Assembly (NCBI GenBank): GCA_040954595.2
Contig: CM082597.2
Coordinates: 4,115,924 to 4,179,923 of the forward strand
DNA length: 64,000 nucleotides
Direction of reading: 5' to 3'
Source: Balanoglossus misakiensis
Lineage: Eukaryota > Animalia > Hemichordata
Positions 45,978 through 64,000 of the stretch are shown one piece after another; within the stretch, counting starts at the first letter, position 1, and every line of letters begins with the position of its first letter. The position numbers were made by a program, and so were the translations under genes. The notes beneath the pieces are model-generated. The model was given only the letters and a program-made list of their open reading frames with translations. It had not been told where the DNA came from and ran no database searches.

Positions 45978-46574
45978 CTACAGGTATGTATCCTCTATAT
46001 CTGGGTCTATGTCTGTGCTTTCAAGCAATTTGACGATGCTCGGTTGATGGGTCTTCACAGCGAGAATTAAATGTTTGTAAGCTTGGGCACCTCTGAACGG
46101 AAGACAGTCGATCAGGACCCGGGCCTTGTCGTTGTTTGTCTTCGCGCTCCGGATCCTGTCGTAATCGGAATACGTCAGCACGCCCTCCATCAGAAGGTAT
46201 TGCACGAGATCCTGGTTGTTCATGTCGAGGTTTCGGATGAGCGTGTCGCGGTGAATAACAAGTCGCTGGCATTCGTCCTGGTTCGTGTCGCTAGGGTGTT
46301 TGATAATCGGCGTGTCCTGCAGCAGCTTTAGTAGATGCGGGTAGTGATCTTTCAACGAGGACTTGAAATGTTGGAAAGCAAGCGGCCCCTTAGTAGGGAG
46401 GATATCAAGAAGTTTCCGCACGCGACTTTCCTGCTCTCGGCAAGCGTAAATTTTATCGCATTCGAATTCAGTCAAGACGATACGGTTCAAGTACAGGATC
46501 ACTCGGTCAACGTTCAACTCTTCAATGAATCTCTCACGGTGAATTCGCAACTTTTCTCTGTCTCGTGGTTCCAT
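45978..46574 (-). CDS. Tandem CARD-CARD-only protein, RAIDD/CRADD-like CARDs (198 aa)
   Basis: MEPRDREKLR...LLDILPTKGPLAFQHF and VQYLLMEGVLT...LIDCLPFRGAQAYKHL both resemble the CRADD CARD (MEARDKQVLR...LLDILPSRGPKAF). Single coding exon, acceptor at ~46605, likely non-coding first exon ending near 47474. Confidence 0.88.
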   Translation of the reverse strand: MEPRDREKLRIHRERFIEELNVDRVILYLNRIVLTEFECDKIYACREQESRVRKLLDILPTKGPLAFQHFKSSLKDHYPHLLKLLQDTPIIKHPSDTNQDECQRLVIHRDTLIRNLDMNNQDLVQYLLMEGVLTYSDYDRIRSAKTNNDKARVLIDCLPFRGAQAYKHLILAVKTHQPSIVKLLESTDIDPDIEDTYL

Positions 46575-47648
46575 TTTGCTTCAGCCAACTTTTACTCCAG
46601 TGCCCTGTAATAAATTAACAAGACTATATTAAGTTTAATAATAAGTTGTTTTGTTTCAGTATTTTTGATAATCTAGTAATCAACATTTTATGAGCATAGT
46701 TCTTGGAAAGTTGTCTACAACACACACACAGGCAGTACATTGCCATGGCAACATGTTATAAAAAGGCACTGACATGTTATCAGATCGTACCAAAACCGGA
46801 CATGATATTTGTAACAGGATCTGCGCAACAGTATAAACGCCAGCTGTTTGCGTAACACACATGATCTATTACATTAATATTATATCGCGTCATCTAGCTG
46901 AGGTAATGTGTTTGGTGCGATGTCGAACTACTAAACAGCGGTCTTTTTCGAGGCCATATACGGTCACAGCTTCATTACATTTACAGAAACAATTACATTA
47001 ATTGGAAACAAATCGCTGTTGATTTGGCATTAGCATTTACACCTACGGACGTCCACCGCGGTCATTTTGCGGGGAACAATACAAGTTATGCAAACAATCA
47101 ACTCTCTTCTGGTCGTTAACCTTACACTTATAGTACCAGAGAAATGCGTCAGCCTTGGCCAATAATTGTGAGCTTCCTGCCAAGTGTCTCCAAGGTTATT
47201 TTCTTGTCTTGAAAATCGTACCACTTGAAACAGCCCACATTTGCGTCATATAAATCAAAGAGTGCTTTAAATGTGTTTGATCAACCAAAACATAGATCAT
47301 AATCCGTCACTGCATTACAACATGTTCGCGATCGCCGGTGAAATGTACAACGCATCGCGATCGTGTAAATTTCGGGCGCGGTGATCGTGTGTTTACAAAC
47401 TTTCACTAACTGGCGAAAAACTTTCAGGACTAACAAGAAAGCGGCTTTCTAAACATTTACATCATATACTCACCAGTAAAAATAAAAGCAGAGTCAGTAA
47501 AGCCTTTACCAGTACCTGAACTGGTAGACGCTGTGTTGTTATCACGCGTCGATTAGATAACTGTGTTTGTTTCCACTTTCCCTGGCTGGCACTGAAATCT
47601 CGCGATAACAAACGAGACCACACGGGTACACGCCACGACGATCAACTA

Positions 47649-47673
47649 CGCATGCGTCGGTTGCTATGGCTGC
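47649..47673. promoter_or_regulatory. NRF1-like plus X-box-like (RFX) sites in the CARD-CARD / CFAP91 divergent promoter
   Basis: CGCATGCG followed by GTTGCTATGGCTGC, ~130 bp upstream of the CFAP91 ATG. Confidence 0.5.
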
Positions 47674-47803
47674 ACTCGAACAAGCAAAGAGAAGACGGAC
47701 ATTAGAACGTACGATATGGTACAATAACATTGAGCGATTTCGGGATAAAATCGGTAGTCATTCATCAATCAGTGAATGCAGTTAGCTTTTTAAGGAACCC
47801 AAG

Positions 47804-56745
<8,942 letters not shown>

Positions 56746-57730
56746 TTTAAGACTTATTTTATATAATTCACTTTCAAACACCTTTGATGTATTTGTAAGT
56801 ATGAAAGCAAGGATTTTAAAAATAAAAACTGCAATATTTCTTCAGAAAATATCTGCATTTTGTTCTTGAATTTTGTTTAAAATGTTCAAAAAAATTGAGT
56901 TTCGAATAAGTGGAGACTTTACTTAAAACTTTTGATACTGATATGATGGAAATTATAATAAAACAATAAATGTGGATCCATCTCCATTATGTATTGTTCA
57001 TTTATATAGTCAAAATATACAAATTAAAATCTCTATTAATTATTTGTAATATTTTGAGGAGCATGTGAGGTGTATAAAAATCAAGTTACTATTGCAGACA
57101 TTGTTGTACATAGACGGGACAAGATTGGTGAGGCCCTATATTAAATTGGAAGTTTGTAATATTGTTTTTATGACAGGGACCATGGTCGAGAGCTCAGACT
57201 GAATTCTAAGGTTCCCATACTAGATCTACATACAGACACTTTGTATATATAATCCTTGTTCATACCAGCAGAGTATAGTTTTGTACTAAACTCAAGTCTG
57301 TGTTTTGTTATGTGTGGTGTGTTCATTTTCCCCAGATGATGTAAATAAAGACATTTTTGATTTTAAAAAACCTTGTGTTTGGTGAAATGTGTGGAAGTGA
57401 TATCTATGTAAATTTTAAAATGGGTTGCAGTAAAGACAAAAGTTTAATGCACATTTTATTCAAAAACATGAAAAACTCTAAAAATAAAATGTTGCAATAC
57501 AAGTTGCAGTGTTAACATGGTATATACTCTGAATGTAAATATTTCCTATTTTCTTGAATTTGAACTCTGAAAGCTTTCTTGCAAATATTAACTTGTTTCT
57601 CCAGTTTGACTAAAATACCGAAATTACGTTTCTGTATTTAAAAAATACAACCCATAGCACTTGAAATTCATTGTCTTATAACATAAAGTCAGTCAATTCC
57701 AAGGTGGTGTCAGCAACTGATTTATAAGCT

Positions 57731-58388
57731 CTATCCAAAGTTCTCGGTCTTCTGTCTTCTGAATAGAAGTACATGAGGTTCTGTGAAGAAAAGTTAGAAT
57801 ACGAAATATCAATGAAATGAAACTACATGATCAAATTCAGACTTGTACCATATCAATGTTCATGTGTAAGTATCCTACTAGAGTGAGAAATCAACCTGAT
57901 GATGTCACATGACTGCCTAGCATGTTATTCAAAGAGCTTGAATGCTGTCCAAAATATCACAGGATGACCAGAAAATTACAGTAACTGAGAGATACGGACT
58001 CATATTTGAACTTGACATTACCTGGTACATGTATCATGTAATGTTGCCATCCCGGCGACTGCTGCACGCCAAGATTCCTCCATTCGGTCTCAGTCATCAG
58101 GTGGGTCTTGGGTACCAACTTGGCTAGATCTTGTGGCAAGATCACGTGTCTGTGAAAAGGAAGGCAAAGTATGGGATAGTTGCATCATTTTATCCCATGT
58201 ACATGTCTGAGATCTCTTGCAAGTGAAACTGACATGTACATCAGTTAATGTTGGCAAACTGGCTGACAATAACATGGATGGCATGCAAAACACTTCCAAA
58301 TTTGTCAAGTATCATACCTGTATTCGAATCGTTCATCATAATATTTCTCGGAGTATGTAATCTGTTGTTGGGCAGTTTCTGAAGGCAT
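57731..58388 (-). CDS. CKS1: Cyclin-dependent kinases regulatory subunit (Cks1/Cks2)
   Basis: Exons 58388-58318, 58149-58022, 57780-57731: [20 protein letters not shown]...[35 protein letters not shown]. Confidence 0.97.
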
Positions 58389-58659
58389 GATTCACGTAGT
58401 CTGATCGACCACCCACCCTTCCAAACCAGATTTCTACACGTCTATACTCGCTCGATCGTGGGATCACAGTAACACGGGACTTCAGAAGTTCATCACACTA
58501 CAATCTGAGCAGTAAAATTCACAAACGAGTGTATAAGACGATGAAAACAACACTCTCAATCGCTGTGGTAATGCATTACATACACTCGCACACCAAAACA
58601 AAATTCCCACTTCTCGCTTGAATTCTCACGATATTCCACGAGACCACACGGAAATCAAG

Positions 58660-61540
58660 ATGGCGCTGCTTGTGAGGTGAGTGATTACGTGACTGCTTTA
58701 AACACCGCGCTGGCGGCGAAAATAACCACGCTTTTAGCTAATTAATGTGTAAGACAACATGCTATTCATTTGAGGCATTCAGTGGTATTATCAGAAGCCG
58801 ATTACTAGCCAGGAAAGTGGCGAAATACATCTTGTCTGTCTACGTGACCTTCAGGGCTGAGGTCACGTCAAGACGACCGGCGGATTTTAATAGTTTCATA
58901 ACAATATTTTGAGAAATTGTAGGAATTAAACGTTTTCTGACTTAAGCATGCATAATCGTGGTCGAAACTGTTCGCGTACAGTAAATTTTACCCGTTTATT
59001 TTGTGTCGAGTTTTACGTACTCGATGGTTGACACTGAAATGAACCCTGTCTGAGGAATTTGCGTAAGTAAAGGTCATTCACCCGTTGGGGGACTGTTTCA
59101 TGACTTTTTCGTATTTCTCGTAGTAATCTAGGGGGTTTAGTAATAACTATTAACTTATATAAGTTCCCCTTGAGTGAACTTTGTGTGTCATCATAGTGGA
59201 TTACTAATAAGATTTCTATTATTTTATCTGACTGATCAATTAGGTGTCAGAATTTGCTGGTTAAACAATCCAGCCCAATTTTACTGTGCAGGTAAGACAT
59301 CATTCATCAAAACATATTTGCGTGCAACACTTTTGAGTAACCCTATTTGGGGTGGAAGGATCACAGACAATTGTATTTTTTGCCATATCCATTACACATG
59401 AGATACTAGTATACCTGAACACTGACATGTTGGCCAGTCCATCAAAGTGCAGTGTATTGAAACAGATGTTCAACAAACGGGAGAAACTCTATGCCAGTTC
59501 TGGGACAGTTATCTAGAGATGTTACCCCTCTATCCCTTACCCAAGCCCACACTGGTTAGTGGGAATAATGTACATGTATTTAGACATCAAGTAACCCCCC
59601 CCCCCCCCTTCTTGAAACTTGACAGGGTTGCATCAGGCAGCGTGACCACACCAAGCAAAGTACCACTGTATCAACTAGAAAACCGCAAGCAGAAAGAGGA
59701 ATTCTGGGATTTCCAGAATGACGTCTTCTGGAAGAAGCAGAAGACGTTGAAGCGTCCTCGCTCACCATTCTGGATTTATGAGGTAGAAGAATTAAAACTT
59801 GTTTCCATAGTTTTGTAATGTGAGATAAGTTTGTAGTCGTCTTATCATAAATGTATTTTGATATGGTATAATTTTATGTTCTCAGTAGATGTGATGATGA
59901 TAGATTTTTAGAACACTAGAGTTACATGCTGGACCTTAAAGGTATACAGTCACCTCCAAATTACATACGCCCATATATGGCTGAAATGGCGTATTTGAGT
60001 GTTCTAAAGAACGCTCTTTTTTCGCGTGTGCCACCCACTGAAAATCTGTGATTGGCTAGATCTCAATTTGCCATGGTAACTATAGACAATTTTCCATAGG
60101 TGACCGTATACCTTTAAATAGTAGTCTAGCCATCTAATGCTGGAAGTTGGTTCAGACATGTACATGGGGTGTGTGTGTGTGTGTTAACCATGCATATCGC
60201 ACACATTCATAGGGCAAATGAAAACTTGTTCTTCTGCTGCCTATGAGAGATGTAACAGTAGGTACTTGGAAGGCATACGTCTCACATTTCTTGTTTTGTC
60301 ATTTGCACACAGCCCCAGCTGACAGCCATCTTGTCCATCAACCACAGAGCTACTGGTGCTATCATGGCTCTCAGTGAGTACATTGTGATTTATTTATATA
60401 GCTAGTTTTGCACCTAGTTCTCGTTAGGCAATAGTGCAGGGATGTGAAAATACCAAGAAAAAGAACCAACTGTTAGCAAAAATCAATCAATATTGTATGT
60501 CCTGCATTTGTGTTAGACCCTGCATAAACAGTTCCAGACTGGTCTCCAACAATACATGTAAAGCTGCTATAGGGCAACCCTATACCTTTACAAGTTTTGT
60601 GGATAATTTTCTTGAGTCACCAGTAAGTTTGTTGAGTCAGTGGCACATCATATGTGCTTAGAGGTGCATGTACTCAAAGACTGACACTCCATAGCTCTAA
60701 ATCGTGTGCATCCTTCCTTAGCTGCATGTGCCCATTAGGTCACCAGTTCATGACAGTATATTTTTCTGAAAAATAACCTTGTTAAAAGATTTCACCCGAG
60801 ATCTGCTCTGCCAAACAGGTATTGCCACATTCGCCGTGGGCATCAACGTGGCGCCCCACGACTTCATGCACTATGTGGATCTCATCAAGGGATTAGATCT
60901 GCCAGTCGTTGTGCCATACTTAGGCAAGGCCGTCATTGCGTGGCCTCTCATGTATCACATGGGAAATGGTGTCAGGCATCTGGTAAGTGAACTTTGCACT
61001 GTGCAAGATTTTTTTTCCCACCGAAACAGGGAATGTAGGCAATCTCTGGATATGAATGTAAAAGTATTATGCAATTCTAACATGGTTTTTGGATGATTGA
61101 TGGAAATTTCTTTGCATTTACCTCATATACATGTACTGTAAAACGGGAAACTTTGTGATATCAACAGTTTCACAACAAATAATTTTCGTTATATATGCAT
61201 CTGTTATAAATGATATGGGTTTTGTCATTAGTGACTGTGTGGATTTTGGTATGTGTACATTGTACTGCAGTCAGTATCATAGTCATCAGAATGTTGTAGA
61301 CTAGATTAGGTCTTTGAATTCTGACTGGCAGTTACCTGCATCACATACTGCATGGAGATCTGTGTTTGCGACATCCTGGTTTTACTCATCATAACCATCA
61401 ACTCTCCCACTTGACTATTTCAGTTCTGGGACATGGGTTATGGATTCCAGATGAAGAACTTGTACAGATCCGGATACGCCGTGTGTCTGTGGTCCATCGT
61501 CGCTGCAGCCGCCCTGGCTGCCATCCCGGTTGCCAGTTAA
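58660..61540 (+). CDS. SDHC: Succinate dehydrogenase cytochrome b560 subunit
   Basis: Exons 58660-58676, 59244-59291, 59626-59782, 60313-60373, 60819-60982, 61424-61540: FWKKQKTLKRPRSP, LSINHRATG, YHMGNGVRHLFWDMGYG; N-terminal mitochondrial presequence. Confidence 0.93.
59940..60113. mobile_element. Kolobok-like MITE, copy 2 (intact ends)
   Basis: TTAA|AGGTATACAGTCACCT ... AGGTGACCGTATACCT|TTAA. Confidence 0.9.
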
Positions 61541-62321
61541 ATTCTGTGTTCTGCTTTTCTTTGTACAAAAAACAGACATCACTTATACTGACAGATTCAC
61601 GATGATATGAATACAACTGGCAACTGACAATATGGCCGTTTCTTGGTGATTTGTGGGGATATTCTGCTTATGGCGATGTTTTTTCATCTCATCCCTTGCG
61701 ATCATTTCTGCATCTTTGTGATATCGTGACAAATTTGGGACATTCAGATATAATGCTCATGTTCTCTGGAACATTATCTAAGCCAGGTCACATACAAGTT
61801 CTTGTGTTACTGGCTGGGTAACGGTACCTGTGTAACTGATGTTGACATCATTGTGTACCTGTCAGTATTTGTGTGTTGACACCATGAAAACCGCTATTAC
61901 AATAATGTTTGTATAATTGCGATAGTTGATAGGTCAGTACGCTTGGAAAGTTACAATAATGTGATTGAGTGCCATTATACTATAGCAGAGCCAAGACTGG
62001 ACAGTGTATTTGTAATATCAGTAATACAAGACAGGATACCTTGTACACACAAAGTAAAAAGTTATTTGTTGTGCACTGTTTATCACAGAACCAATCCAGC
62101 ACAAATTTGCTCAAAGAGGCAGCGTGTGCAGATTTGTGTGAAGAACACCCTCTGAGTTCATAGTATTGCTTTAAATTTTTTCACATTAGAAGCTCAAAGC
62201 ATAGTCGGTGTGTTATCCCCAGTATTTGTGTGTATTTTGAACTGCACAGCAGAATTCTAAGTTTTGTTGTAGCACCAGTGATTATGATCATGGCGTCGCA
62301 CTTTTGAGTATACCAGTTTAA

Positions 62322-62407
62322 CCCTTTCACCCCTAGTTCCCTCTTTTAGAGGTCCAAACTCACCATAAAAAACTGAGGGTTTGGACTGAACCATGGTGGT
62401 GAAAGGG
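62322..62407. mobile_element. piggyBac-like MITE
   Basis: TTAA|CCCTTTCACC ... GGTGAAAGGG|TTAA; related fragments at ~42540-42580, ~43872-43913, ~52088-52162 and ~55681-55756 (reverse). Confidence 0.75.
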
Positions 62408-63336
62408 TTAATATCACATCCTCACAACATGTACTATGATCTCATATTTCAAGTCTTGTATGGACCAACAGTCAGAAGAATTTTAAAAACTGCTTTCGAA
62501 ATCTAGATTGTGCATGATCTTCATGGTTTTCAGATATGGTCTGTTTTAATCATAGCTGCTTTAATTTTGTATTATAGTCGCCACCATTTTGCTTGCAGTA
62601 TTATCATATTTTTGTTGGCAGATTCCTACAAGGGATGTGAATAAATTACAAGTTTTCTTTTCACCTGATATTTCGTCTTTTAAAAAAATCAAAAACATAT
62701 TCCAGTTTACTAATAGCATTTTATTCATCAGTACATAATTTACAAAGCTATAAGTACAAATATATAATTCCCAGAATACCAGGGTAACTATAGTACAAGG
62801 TCCATTGCCTAAAGTTTGTTTTATTGTAGCATTCCATACAATGGGTATTAGAAACAAAAAAGCATGCAAAATTGACATTTTTGTGAAATTTACACATACA
62901 TCAGTCAAAAGACATTAAATTCAATGATCAAAGTCTCCCATGACATAAATGAAATAATTCTTTCATTTTTCTAAGCAAGTTGTATTTACAAATGTTAAAT
63001 GCTGTACAAAAAAGGCATCAAATGATCAGAAATTTACACCATGAAGATTAATACTCCTGCTTACTGTGCTGAAAATCAGTGACTTTGGTAATTATTTACT
63101 GAATTTTGCAAGATAAAAAAAGCAGGCAATAAAATAAATTGTGTAGGTAACAATCTTTAAAGGAAGTGTCTCCATTTGGAATCAAGTTTGCTCATATTTC
63201 AGACGTAGCTGGCCATTGTTCATTGTTCCATCAGTGATGAAGTACTATCACTGGTGCGTGTGATTGGACAGGCAATGGTTTGCACCATTATTGAGTAGGA
63301 AGGGGAGGCCTGTTCAGACAGACAGGGATAAGCAGC

Positions 63337-63898
63337 TTAATATCTCTTCTTGATGGGTTTGGCCATCATCGGGTCCATCCAATGGAATATGAAGACAAAG
63401 ACGACGCCCACTAACACAAACACTCCCATGAACGACACAAGAATTGTCCTCCCAACAATAGTATTGTCATAGACCTGAAACAAGGAAATACAAGTCAGAA
63501 TCAACAATCAAAGATTTCTTTCCCGACATGAAGATCAGATGACCTGACTGCATACAGAGTTTTATGCAGCAATACAAGAAGCTGTACAAACTGATACACC
63601 CTTTTCATAAGTCGACCGCCCTCACACAGCCATTATGAATTTGAACTCAAAGCAAGGTCAATGGGAAACAGTTGACCAATCACATCAAGGGTGTTTCCCT
63701 ATTGGCCTAGCTTTGAGTTCAAATTCACGATGTCTGCATAAGGGTGCTAGACTTGTGAAAATGGTGAATGGCATTTGCAGTAAATCATGACTCACTGTAT
63801 TGTCAACTTCATCGGTGGCTGCCGGATTTTCTCTCGGAAAGAAGATGAGGATCAACGTGATCGCCAGAGCAGCCAGAAATATACCAATGGTGGCGTTC
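63337..63898 (-). CDS. TMEM218: Transmembrane protein 218 (ciliary transition zone), last two exons; 5' part lies beyond the window
   Basis: Exons 63898-63796 (NATIGIFLAALAITLILIFFPRENP) and 63474-63337 (IVGRTILVSFMGVFVLVGVVFVFIFHWMDPMMAKPIKKRY*) match the TMEM218 LLLFPR / IGRYVLL / EPIYAKPL motifs. Confidence 0.8.
63610..63753. mobile_element. Palindromic MITE-like repeat; partial second copy at ~39461-39566
   Basis: ATGAATTTGAACTCAAAGC...GCTTTGAGTTCAAATTCA inverted arms; the same sequence occurs in a SPA17-like intron. Confidence 0.65.
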
Positions 63899-64000
63899 CT
63901 GTGGAGGTAACGAGAAATGATTTAAAATCTAATTTTGTGGCGTTCATTGCTGACTGGTTGATTCAGCATCAACCAGCATATTACCTGATTCAATTCTGCG

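Overview
This is AT-rich, intron-rich animal DNA with GT-AG spliced genes. It looks like an invertebrate deuterostome, possibly a hemichordate; that assignment is an impression from gene content only. By reading splice sites I can assemble 11 protein-coding genes: (1) a secreted tandem LamG/pentraxin-like lectin (+, 742-4961); (2) GDP-L-fucose synthase with a likely U12 intron (+, 8928-13605); (3) a ~1,650-aa mosaic death-fold protein, GT4-like/TRADD-N-like/GT4-like/coiled coil/ZU5/ZU5/UPA/DED (-, 30533-16484); (4) an Mn-motif axonemal protein (-); (5) a SPA17/CABYR-like RIIa protein (+); (6) PAFAH1B2/3 (-); (7) a RAIDD/CRADD-like twin-CARD-only protein (-); (8) CFAP91 (+); (9) CKS1 (-); (10) SDHC (+); (11) the 3' part of TMEM218 (-). 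Introns and spacers hold MITEs (Mutator-, Kolobok-, piggyBac- and Tc1/pogo-like), LINE and Penelope remnants, and satellites. The best candidate for an undescribed system is gene 3, a PIDD-like scaffold fronted by degenerate glycosyltransferase domains and ending in a DED, which lies ~15 kb from the RAIDD-like twin-CARD adaptor. Also notable is the duplicated lectin domain with near-identical flanks but a hypervariable core. All gene models and domain calls were made by eye and need RNA-seq and HMM confirmation.
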